NCBI GenBank assembly: GCA_964230645.1
Contig: CAXRHT010000003.1
Location: forward strand, 64,001-128,000
Length of the DNA: 64,000 nt
Source: Bdellovibrionales bacterium
GTDB lineage: Bacteria; Bdellovibrionota; Bdellovibrionia; Bdellovibrionales; JAGQZY01
Direction: 5' to 3'
How positions within the stretch are numbered: position 1 is the stretch's first letter; the number at the start of each line of letters is the position of its first letter. The notes below the pieces were generated by a model. That model was given only the letters and a program-made list of their open reading frames with translations. It was not told the origin of the DNA and searched no databases. Shown one piece after another: positions 11,477 to 20,348 of the stretch. A program made the translations under genes and the position numbers.

Positions 11477-13867
11477 ATGGACGAAAAAAGCCTACAAATA
11501 CCTGAGCAGATTCCCATGTTACCAGTAAGGGATATCGTAATATTTCCTTATATGATCATACCACTTTTTGTGGGACGGGAGTCATCGATCCAGGCAGTAG
11601 AGGACAGCTTAGCTAATAATAGGCTGATCTTTTTAGCTTCGCAGAGAGATCTTACCGAAGAAAATCCCACAGAGAACAGTATCTATAAAGTGGGAACTGT
11701 TGCCATGATTATTCGAATGAGAAAACTGGCTGACGGCCGAGTGAAAATTCTTATTCAAGGTATGACAAAAGCGAAAATTACAAATTTTCATCAAAGTGAA
11801 CCTTTCTTCAACGTATCTGTGGATAAGATTGAGGATAAAGTCGATAACTCTGAAGAAGTGAAATTAAAAGCTGAAGCTCTTATTCGCACTTCAAAAGAAC
11901 AACTTGAGAAAGTGATCGCTTTGGGTAAGATTCTTTCTCCAGACATTCTCTTAGTGCTTGATGATATCAGTGAGCCAGGAAGAGTGGCTGATCTTATTGC
12001 AAGCAATATGGGATTAAAAGTAGAAGATGCCCAGAAAATTCTCGAAACTGATGATCACCTTGAAAGACTTAGACTTGTTAACGAAATTCTCGTTTCAGAA
12101 GTCGAAGTTTTACAAATGCAAGCTAAGATTCGCACAACAGCTAAAGATGAAATGTCTAAGAGCCAACGTGAGTACTTCTTACGCGAGCAGATGAAGGCTA
12201 TAAAGTCAGAACTTGGAGAGGCAGATTCCAAGGGTGATGAAATGGATGAATTAAGACAAAAAATTATGACAGCGGGCATGCCCGACGAAGTCGAAAAAGA
12301 AGTCATGAAGCAAATGGGGCGCTTAGAAAGAATGCACCCTGATGCTAGTGAGGCTTCCATGATCCGCACTTACCTTGATTGGATGGTGGATCTACCTTGG
12401 CAGAAAGAGTCGGTTGATAGCATCGACATCGAAAAGGCCAAGAAAATCTTAGAAGCCGATCACCATGGACTTGAAAAATCTAAAGAAAGAATTCTAGAGT
12501 TCTTAGCTGTTAAAAAGCTAAAAAATGTTATGAGAGGACCTATCCTATGTTTTTGTGGACCTCCTGGGGTTGGGAAGACCTCCCTTGGTAAGAGTATCGC
12601 AAAATCAATGAATAGAGAGTACTTCAGAATTGCACTTGGTGGAGTTAAAGACGAAGCTGAGATCCGCGGTCATAGAAGAACTTATGTGGGGGCAATGCCT
12701 GGAAAAATCGTTCAGGCTCTTAAACAGATTGGCACTAACAACCCAGTGATCGTTCTTGATGAAATTGATAAATTAGGAAGCGATTTCCGTGGGGATCCTT
12801 CAGCGGCAATGCTTGAGGTGTTAGATCCTGAGCAGAACGCTACTTTTAGAGATAACTATCTAAACGTTGATTTTGATCTTTCAAAAGCTCTGTTTATTGC
12901 GACAGCCAACGTAGTGGAAAACATTCCACCAGCTCTTCGTGACAGAATGGAACTGATTCCAATCTCTGGGTACACGGATGCTGAGAAACTTCAAATTACT
13001 AAAAAACACCTTATTCGTAAGCAGTTGGATGACAACGGAGTGACAGAAGATCAAATCGAATTTACCGACAACGGTATTAGCTTTCTCATCAATCACTACA
13101 CTCGTGAAGCAGGATTGAGAAATCTTGAAAGAGAAGTTGGGTCTGTATGCCGAAAGGTAGCTAAAGAAGTGGTCATGGGATCAAAAGACAAGTTCACTAT
13201 CGATAGCGAACAGGTTGTAAAATTCCTAGGTGCTCCAAAATATCTTAAAGAAGACAAACTACAAGAAGACACTGTTGGAGTGTGTACAGGTCTAGCCTGG
13301 ACTCAAGCCGGTGGAGAAGTTCTGTATGTGGAAGCTTTGGATATGAAGGGTAAGGGTGGATACACTTTGACCGGACAGATGGGTGACGTGATGAAAGAGT
13401 CAGCAACAGCTGCAATGTCATACGCTAGAGCCCACTCTGATGAACTGGGAATCGATCCGGACTGGTTTGAAAATAACCATGTTCACATCCACATGCCTGC
13501 CGGCGGTATTCCTAAAGATGGACCTTCGGCTGGAATCACAATGACAACAGCTATTGTGAGTATTATTACCGATATTCCGGTGAGAAAAGATGTGGCCATG
13601 ACAGGTGAAGTAACCCTAACTGGACGTGTTCTTCCTATCGGTGGAATTAAGGAAAAAGCTCTTGCAGCCCTTAGCCACGATATCGACACAGTGATTTGTC
13701 CCCTAGCCAATAAAAAAGATGTGGACGAAATCGCTGACGAAATCAGAGCAAAGATTAACTTTATCTTCGTAGAGCATCTTGATGAGGTTCTCCAGATCGC
13801 TCTTAAGTCTAAGGTTAACAAGAGCAAGCGCAGCTCTGGTAAAAACAAGCAGTTACCAGCCGCTTAA
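11477..13867 (+). CDS. lon: ATP-dependent Lon protease
   Basis: Lon N domain, Walker A GPPGVGKTS, GHRRTYVGAMPG, catalytic PKDGPSAG, GGIKEK. Confidence 0.97.
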   Translation: MDEKSLQIPEQIPMLPVRDIVIFPYMIIPLFVGRESSIQAVEDSLANNRLIFLASQRDLTEENPTENSIYKVGTVAMIIRMRKLADGRVKILIQGMTKAKITNFHQSEPFFNVSVDKIEDKVDNSEEVKLKAEALIRTSKEQLEKVIALGKILSPDILLVLDDISEPGRVADLIASNMGLKVEDAQKILETDDHLERLRLVNEILVSEVEVLQMQAKIRTTAKDEMSKSQREYFLREQMKAIKSELGEADSKGDEMDELRQKIMTAGMPDEVEKEVMKQMGRLERMHPDASEASMIRTYLDWMVDLPWQKESVDSIDIEKAKKILEADHHGLEKSKERILEFLAVKKLKNVMRGPILCFCGPPGVGKTSLGKSIAKSMNREYFRIALGGVKDEAEIRGHRRTYVGAMPGKIVQALKQIGTNNPVIVLDEIDKLGSDFRGDPSAAMLEVLDPEQNATFRDNYLNVDFDLSKALFIATANVVENIPPALRDRMELIPISGYTDAEKLQITKKHLIRKQLDDNGVTEDQIEFTDNGISFLINHYTREAGLRNLEREVGSVCRKVAKEVVMGSKDKFTIDSEQVVKFLGAPKYLKEDKLQEDTVGVCTGLAWTQAGGEVLYVEALDMKGKGGYTLTGQMGDVMKESATAAMSYARAHSDELGIDPDWFENNHVHIHMPAGGIPKDGPSAGITMTTAIVSIITDIPVRKDVAMTGEVTLTGRVLPIGGIKEKALAALSHDIDTVICPLANKKDVDEIADEIRAKINFIFVEHLDEVLQIALKSKVNKSKRSSGKNKQLPAA

Positions 13868-13886
13868 TCTAAAATCACATTTGATT

Positions 13887-13920
13887 AAAAAGAAGCAGGT
13901 CTCAAGCCTGCTTTTTTTTT
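13887..13920. terminator. Bidirectional intrinsic terminator (lon / HTH gene)
   Basis: AAAAAGAAGCAGG-tctcaag-CCTGCTTTTTTTTT. Confidence 0.8.
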
Positions 13921-14338
13921 AATTATCTTGAGGATTGTATTTTGAGTTCTCTCGCTCCAAATACATGACCAAAGTTTTAAGGTCTGTGATTTGTTGCTTG
14001 AGCTGGATGATCTGATCTTCTTTACTTTGAAGAGCCTGTCGGTAGGCTTTCTTAAGTTCATCCAAAAGCTCCGCTGAGGCTCCGGAACTTTCTTGTGATT
14101 TGGAGGCCTCAGGTTCAGAGGAGGAAGAGTTGCCTGATGCTTTCGAATTTGGGACGGGCGTGGAAGCATGGCTTTGGGGAGGCAACTCTTGCCTAGGCAA
14201 AAAATATTTACCATGAACGAGCTTGTGTTTGATTTTCTTAGCTTTTATCCGCCTACGCAGGGTGGATACACTCACACCATACTCATTCGAATACTCAGCC
14301 AAGGATAACCAATTTTGTTCTACATCCACTTCGTTCAT
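13919..14338 (-). CDS. Small DNA-binding protein: MerR/excisionase-like HTH + linker + C-terminal coiled coil
   Basis: WLSLAEYSNEYGVSVSTLRRRIK winged-HTH, Ser-rich disordered linker, heptad LQSKEDQIIQLKQQITDLKTLV. Confidence 0.8.
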   Translation of the reverse strand: MNEVDVEQNWLSLAEYSNEYGVSVSTLRRRIKAKKIKHKLVHGKYFLPRQELPPQSHASTPVPNSKASGNSSSSEPEASKSQESSGASAELLDELKKAYRQALQSKEDQIIQLKQQITDLKTLVMYLERENSKYNPQDN

Positions 14339-14452
14339 GACTATTCAACACTAGCATAACCAATGACTAAGACAATGGATAAGTTGCGAAACCCTGCTTT
14401 GGGCCTGCTTATTCATGGGGTAGTCAACCTGAATACCCAGACTCCCCTGAAC

Positions 14453-14465
14453 TAAGTTATTGATT
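14453..14465 (-). promoter_or_regulatory. IHF-consensus binding site in divergent promoter region
   Basis: Minus strand AATCAATAACTTA is an exact match to WATCAANNNNTTR. Confidence 0.45.
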
Positions 14466-14495
14466 TTACTTGAGGTTAGTGGGTAAAATGGTCAG

Positions 14496-15701
14496 GTGAA
14501 GTTAAAAGATAAAAAGAAGATAGGACTAGCCCTCAGTGGGGGTGGAATTAAAGCGGCCGCTTTCCATATTGGTGTTTGTTTAGCACTAAAGGAAAAAGGC
14601 TTTCAATTTGCTGGTGGTACTCCTGAGGAGGTCTCCTCCAAGACGGATGGTCATGATAAGGTGATTAAGCTCTACGTAGGATCCAGTGCTGGAGCGGTTA
14701 TTAGCACCTTCCTAGCCAGTGGATACCCACTGCAGTCCATCATATCCGCCTTTGAAAAGGGTTCGGAATGGGATATTGGAGCCGTCTCCAACGACGACAT
14801 TTTTGGAGATCCCCTCAAACCATTGTCCTACTCTGACATTTTTGCCCTCAATGGAAAAAACTGGATTAAATATGTTCCTAACCTCATACGGAAACGAAGT
14901 CTTCTTTCAGGTGGAATCGAAGCCCTGGTGAAAAATGGATTAAAGATCAATGGCCTAGTCACAGCCAAAGGTCTGGAAAAATACATTCGAAAACATGTAT
15001 GGCCGACCAACACCTTTGAATCTTTAGGGGTAGAGCTCTATGTAGTCGCAACCCAGCTAAACCATTCAAGAAAGGTTATATTCGGGAATTTCCCTGAGAC
15101 CTCAAAGGTTAAGCATATCGGTTGGGCTAATTACGCTAAAATCAGTGATGCTGTGGCTGCTTCAGCCAGTTTGCCCCCTGTCTTTGCGCCTTATGGAATC
15201 AAAAATGAGCGAGGCAAAGAAATCTACTATTTTGATGGTGAAATTCGGGACACTCTTTCAACCCATGTGGCAAAAGACCACGGCTGCGATTTGATTATTT
15301 CTAGTTATTCCATTCAGCCCTACCACTACAATGAAAATATGGGGAGCCTCCACGAATACGGAATTCCCCTGATTTTCAATCAAGCTCTCTATCAAGTGGT
15401 TCAGCAAAAAATTGAATCCCACCGAGCCGCTCATGATGCCATTGATAAAATCCATCATGCCATTAGGGGTTACTTCAAACAAAAACAACTCCCTGAAGAG
15501 GATATGAATAAACTCCTTAAAATCATTGAGGAAAGAGCAGACTATAGACCCGATGTAGACTATTTATATATTCATCCTAACCCACACGATTATGAAATGT
15601 TTTTTGCCGATCACTTCAGCCTAAATCCAAGGATTTTATCAAATATTGTGCAAACAGGATTCCGAGCAGCTATCAATCAGCTACGAAAGCACGACCTCTA
15701 A
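14496..15701 (+). CDS. Patatin-like phospholipase
   Basis: LALSGGGIK oxyanion motif, GSSAG nucleophile elbow, ASASLP, DGE (variant of DGG). Confidence 0.88.
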   Translation: MKLKDKKKIGLALSGGGIKAAAFHIGVCLALKEKGFQFAGGTPEEVSSKTDGHDKVIKLYVGSSAGAVISTFLASGYPLQSIISAFEKGSEWDIGAVSNDDIFGDPLKPLSYSDIFALNGKNWIKYVPNLIRKRSLLSGGIEALVKNGLKINGLVTAKGLEKYIRKHVWPTNTFESLGVELYVVATQLNHSRKVIFGNFPETSKVKHIGWANYAKISDAVAASASLPPVFAPYGIKNERGKEIYYFDGEIRDTLSTHVAKDHGCDLIISSYSIQPYHYNENMGSLHEYGIPLIFNQALYQVVQQKIESHRAAHDAIDKIHHAIRGYFKQKQLPEEDMNKLLKIIEERADYRPDVDYLYIHPNPHDYEMFFADHFSLNPRILSNIVQTGFRAAINQLRKHDL

Positions 15702-15708
15702 ATGATTC

Positions 15709-16533
15709 TTAATCTTCATTTGTGAGCTTAGGGTAACCCAACTTTGGTCTTGCTATTTTATTGTGATTCAAGATTGTGGTTCCACGCTCATAAACGTCCG
15801 ATTCGAAATCTTTTTCAAATCGCACATCAAAAACGTAGGCTTTAACGACCAATTGGATCACCAACTGATAGTTTTTATAGGTCTCCTGGACAATAATCTT
15901 GATGGGCTTTTTCAAATAAGCAAACCGACTGGTCGCCACCACCTGATAAATCAACTGTTTGGCTTTTCCAATATCGGACTCCATATCGAGATGAAAATTC
16001 CAAACAATCATCATATCCAGAGCTCCGGAATTTCCAGAGGCCACCACATCGGACATAAATTTAGAGTTGGGGATTGTGACTTCGTTATCATCAAGAGTTT
16101 GAATTCTTACGGCCCTAAGTCCTATATTTGTAATTTCTCCGTAAGTGTTCTCATAGGTCACACGATCTCCCACCTGGAAGGGGCGATCAAAAAGTAAGGT
16201 CACACCTGCAACGATAGAAGTAACTAGATCTTTTAAAGAAAAACCAATGGCAACAGCGGCCGAACCACCCAAAGCTAAAAGTAATTCTTTTGAAGGTTTC
16301 AGTATTCCAAATACTAACGCCGCGGTTCCAAATATATAGAGCCCAAAAGAGAGCATGGTGGTTATTTGTAAAAACAGCAGCCTATAGTTTGGAACACTCT
16401 CACCTAGACGATCGGAGAGCCTTTTCAAAACATTGCCCAACAATACAACAATAAAGAGCCCAATAGCGATTGTGAACAGCTTTTGAAACTGCAGAAGTTT
16501 TAAAATTTCAGAAACATTATCACTGGGATTCAT
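15709..16533 (-). CDS. Small-conductance mechanosensitive channel (MscS family)
   Basis: 3 TM then DRPFQVGDRV...GEITNIGLRAVRIQTLDDNEVTIPNS. Confidence 0.9.
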   Translation of the reverse strand: MNPSDNVSEILKLLQFQKLFTIAIGLFIVVLLGNVLKRLSDRLGESVPNYRLLFLQITTMLSFGLYIFGTAALVFGILKPSKELLLALGGSAAVAIGFSLKDLVTSIVAGVTLLFDRPFQVGDRVTYENTYGEITNIGLRAVRIQTLDDNEVTIPNSKFMSDVVASGNSGALDMMIVWNFHLDMESDIGKAKQLIYQVVATSRFAYLKKPIKIIVQETYKNYQLVIQLVVKAYVFDVRFEKDFESDVYERGTTILNHNKIARPKLGYPKLTNED

Positions 16534-18844
16534 AGATCAAATTCTTCCCTTTTAAAAATTTTCGTAGATCATCGATCCAATTCATAGAAACTCGGTAACG
16601 ACCATCACTCGAAACTAAAAAACCCTCTTCAAGTCCACGGTAAATCGCTTGTTTAACAACCGATCTAGGTAAATTTGTCGCCCGCGCGGCTTCGCTGATA
16701 GTTAAGTTTTCGTGCTTAAATAAACTTGCGTAAACAAAGTGCATCTCTTGATGAAGACCGGTCAGCTCGGAAACAAGATTTTCTGAGGGTAAACTCACTT
16801 TGAGGTGCTTGTCTCTAATTTGTTTTAAACTTCTAAACCAATAATGAATGGCAGTACCAGGGTTCCCCCCCGATCTCTCCCAAAGAAGGTAGAAATAACG
16901 GCTTTCTGAAGAGGTTACTCCTTCTTGGACCTTCTGACTGGATCGGAAAATAGAATCATACTCAAGGGTATAACCAGTTTTTGCGTGCATCGTAAGAATA
17001 AATTCTTTTATTTTCTCAACTGACCAGCGAGGCAGATGACACTCTAAACGAAAGTACTGGTTTTTCCCTAGTACACTATTGAGGAAGAGCCACGAATAAT
17101 CATTAAATCCGACTATAAAAAAAACATTTCGTAACTCTTCTGTTTTTTCCAGAAACTTCCGGTAAATCTCGAACCCACCTATTGTCGAAAGAAAAAAGTT
17201 TTGTGCGTTATCCATGAAAACAACCACTTTTTCAGTCTCTTCAATCTCATCAAGGGGTGCCAGAAGAGACTCTAAGGCCTTTTCTGTGAAAGATTTGGCG
17301 GGAACCTTGAGATCTAAACAATTAATCCCCTCTTTGACCAATTTCTCCTGATAATAATTCAAATAGGTGGTGATCCCTACACCTTTTGCTCCATAAATGG
17401 CGACCGTCTGTTCTGTTGTCTCTTCGTCCATCCAGTCTTTGAGTTGATTTTTTATTTTGCTGTGGAAAGCCGCCTCAAACACATTGTCATTAAAGTAATA
17501 TTGGTTCACCTGCTTGAATACTGACCGATACTCCTCACCAACGCCCTCATTGTCACCCGCAGCTGCTCTAGTCGTTTCGAATTTGATCCTCAGAATTCGA
17601 GCATAGATAAGCTTCACCAGCTCAAACTGAGAGCTCCACTGAAGGAGTCGATCGAGACAATAGTGAACTAATATCAGGATTAAAAGCGGGAAACAGAATA
17701 TTATCGATAATTTGGTTTCTAAAAGTTTTGCGAGTTTCTGAAAAAAGCTCAATTGTGTCGACTTAAGATAAAGAATGATCTCATTCTTCCATTTCGAAGC
17801 CACTAAAAATAGCAGAACCAGAATGATAAAACCAAAGAAAGGCTCGATCATCTGAAAGATAATTGATTCTCCAAGAATCGATCGAAAAGCAACTTTCAAG
17901 GAATAGACTATTAATAAAAACAACCCAATAAACTGAGATGTTTTTTTAATTTTTTTATTTAACTCTCCTCGAGATTCAGTGGCAAAAGACTCTGCAAATT
18001 CTTGCAGAAGAATTTCCAAAGAAACCCGAAAAATCTTATAGTAAACATAGTAAAAGGCGTAAGGAAGAATAGCTGTGAATTCCGAAAACTCGGACGCCTG
18101 TAATAAAAACTCAACGATTATCAACGCAAAAAGTGTCGAAACCCATACCAAGTAAGAAGATAAGATAGATAAAAGTGGAATGAGCCTTCTATGGTATTGG
18201 GATCGAAAACTATAATAGAAAGATCTTTTCCTTTGACGATCAATAACACTATCGAGCTTTCTAGTTATTTTGAAAAATAGGAAAGGAATCGCCAATATTA
18301 TTAGGAATAGGACAAGCTCCCAAAAAAGAGCAAACATGCCTACTATTCCACGACTTAAAGAGTCTTTGAACCAATAGGATTTTTCGTAAAGATAGGCTTT
18401 AAGTTTATAGGGGATGAGTTTGATCTCTAAAAACATTCGTTCAAGTGTTTTTTCAGACCACTGAAAATGCCCCTTCTGCCTTAACTCTTGCAGAGTTTTA
18501 GCTCTCAGACGGCTCACTCGTTTTAACAATTGAAAATCTCGAGCTATGTGAAAACGCCAATCCTCTATCGACTGATCATCGAATTGCTGATTGGCTTCCG
18601 GATTTTTTATATTGTTGATCAGTTGCTCTGCAATTTGTTTCCAAAGCTGACTAATCTCTTCATAATGATTTTGGCTAATTTGTAATTCTAACTGTTCAAG
18701 ACGTTCAATTCTTTCTTTAAATTGTGTCCGCTTTGGGACATCATCTTGTGCCTGCACTGTCGGAGTGAGAAAACAAACAATAGAGAAAAGAAAAACTATC
18801 GCTATTTTACGTCGTAGATTTTTCGCCCCTTGTAACCGCTTCAT
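16520..18844 (-). CDS. Multi-pass membrane protein with C-terminal degenerate P-loop NTPase and winged-helix-like domain
   Basis: Signal peptide ending TVQA, helical periplasmic region, about 7 TM, GAKGVGIT Walker-A-like and VVFMD Walker-B-like motifs, SGGNPG. Start moved to the ATG 11 nt after the nuoN stop. Confidence 0.7.
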   Translation of the reverse strand: MKRLQGAKNLRRKIAIVFLFSIVCFLTPTVQAQDDVPKRTQFKERIERLEQLELQISQNHYEEISQLWKQIAEQLINNIKNPEANQQFDDQSIEDWRFHIARDFQLLKRVSRLRAKTLQELRQKGHFQWSEKTLERMFLEIKLIPYKLKAYLYEKSYWFKDSLSRGIVGMFALFWELVLFLIILAIPFLFFKITRKLDSVIDRQRKRSFYYSFRSQYHRRLIPLLSILSSYLVWVSTLFALIIVEFLLQASEFSEFTAILPYAFYYVYYKIFRVSLEILLQEFAESFATESRGELNKKIKKTSQFIGLFLLIVYSLKVAFRSILGESIIFQMIEPFFGFIILVLLFLVASKWKNEIILYLKSTQLSFFQKLAKLLETKLSIIFCFPLLILILVHYCLDRLLQWSSQFELVKLIYARILRIKFETTRAAAGDNEGVGEEYRSVFKQVNQYYFNDNVFEAAFHSKIKNQLKDWMDEETTEQTVAIYGAKGVGITTYLNYYQEKLVKEGINCLDLKVPAKSFTEKALESLLAPLDEIEETEKVVVFMDNAQNFFLSTIGGFEIYRKFLEKTEELRNVFFIVGFNDYSWLFLNSVLGKNQYFRLECHLPRWSVEKIKEFILTMHAKTGYTLEYDSIFRSSQKVQEGVTSSESRYFYLLWERSGGNPGTAIHYWFRSLKQIRDKHLKVSLPSENLVSELTGLHQEMHFVYASLFKHENLTISEAARATNLPRSVVKQAIYRGLEEGFLVSSDGRYRVSMNWIDDLRKFLKGKNLIYESQ

Positions 18845-18854
18845 GCCAGACCAA

Positions 18855-20348
18855 TTACAGCGAATTTGTGATGGAGGATTGCACAAACATAAAGATTTTG
18901 GAGGAAAAAATTCCCAACACGCAAACTCCAACGGCAGAAATAATCACAATCGATTGTGAAAAGAAAGTCTCATGACGGGCTTTGATCCCCTCCCCTTCCA
19001 TCATATACATAACAACTACTGGTCTCAGATAGTAATAGACGCTTATCACTGAGCTAATCACACCCACAAAAGTCAGCCAGTAAAAACCCTGCTCTATTGT
19101 CGCTGAGAATACATAAAACTTTCCAAAGAATCCTAGGCTAGGTGGGAGGCCCGCAAGACTAAAAAGAAGAACCGAGAGACTAAGTGCAAGCCCTGGATAT
19201 TTTTTACCCACTCCCTTCAAATCGGAAGTGAGTAAAACTGTATCCGCTGACTTTTCAAAAACTACAACCAAGGCGAGTGTTCCCACTGTCATGATGGAGT
19301 AGGATATTAGGTAAAACATTAAACTGGTAACACCAGCGTCGCTATCCGTTCCAAAAGAGGCCACTATGACAGCCATAAAAGCGTACCCGGAATGAGCAAT
19401 ACTGGAATAGGCCAGCATTCGTTTGAAGTTCTCCTGCATAATCGCTGCTACATTTCCTACAATCATAGTGAGAGCTGCCAACCACTGCATGAACCAAACA
19501 AACTTATCTGTGTTGAGATCATAAAAATCGGAATAGAGGAAGAAGCGCAGAAAGGCGATGAACGAGGCCACTTTAACAGCTGTCGACATGATACTTGTGA
19601 CAGGCGTTGCCGAGCCTTGATAAACATCCGGTGTCCATGAGTGAAATGGGACGAGAGAAACTTTAAAGGCAAAACCTATGCAAGTCAGAATCACCCCAAA
19701 ACGAAAAAGAGTATTCGACTCATAAAGCCTCGAAGCCAACTCGCCCACATCGTGAAGATTAGTGCTTCCCGCCCCTCCGTATATAAAGGCTATACCGTAG
19801 AGAAGAATGGCTGAACCTAAACCTCCGAGCACGAAATACTTAAACGCGGCCTCTTTGGCTAAAAGCTTCTCTTTATTCAGGGCGATGATTAAGTATAGAG
19901 AAAGAGACATCAACTCAATAGAGAAAAAGGTCACGATCAAATTATTCGACATCACCACAAGCGCCATTCCAATGGTGGAATTTAATATTAGAAAGAGATG
20001 TTCTGAAAACTGATGATCTCGAGTCGCTTTAGAATCATACAAAAGAAAAAGGCAAAACCCTACAACAACAAAGATAATGTAAGAGCCCCAAACGGTGATG
20101 CCATCTATAATAATGGCATCTGAAAAGGCCTCTACAAAATTGAGCTCAGAAATTTTCCAAAAGCCTTTTACAGCAGAGAGTGTTAAACCTGCGGCCCCGA
20201 CAAGACCTATTGTGGCATATATCAGTGCTGTAAATGGGTTCATTTCCCGGCCATCTCGAAAAGCCTTTGCTGTAATCGGTATGATACTCGCTATAAAAAG
20301 CCATACCAAAGGAAGAACAACTATCAATTCCGATGCATTAAAGTTCAC
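18855..20348 (-). CDS. nuoN: NADH-quinone oxidoreductase subunit N
   Basis: EAAFKYF, FKVSLVPFHSWTPDVYQG, KRMLAYSSIAH, YYYLR. GTG start after GGAG chosen (alternative TTG at 20360). Confidence 0.95.
   Translation of the reverse strand: MNFNASELIVVLPLVWLFIASIIPITAKAFRDGREMNPFTALIYATIGLVGAAGLTLSAVKGFWKISELNFVEAFSDAIIIDGITVWGSYIIFVVVGFCLFLLYDSKATRDHQFSEHLFLILNSTIGMALVVMSNNLIVTFFSIELMSLSLYLIIALNKEKLLAKEAAFKYFVLGGLGSAILLYGIAFIYGGAGSTNLHDVGELASRLYESNTLFRFGVILTCIGFAFKVSLVPFHSWTPDVYQGSATPVTSIMSTAVKVASFIAFLRFFLYSDFYDLNTDKFVWFMQWLAALTMIVGNVAAIMQENFKRMLAYSSIAHSGYAFMAVIVASFGTDSDAGVTSLMFYLISYSIMTVGTLALVVVFEKSADTVLLTSDLKGVGKKYPGLALSLSVLLFSLAGLPPSLGFFGKFYVFSATIEQGFYWLTFVGVISSVISVYYYLRPVVVMYMMEGEGIKARHETFFSQSIVIISAVGVCVLGIFSSKIFMFVQSSITNSL

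Noticed and set aside
13885..14214. 109-aa alternative-frame ORF overlapping the HTH gene
   Set aside because: Same strand, different frame; runs through the terminator; the HTH-coiled-coil frame is far more protein-like.
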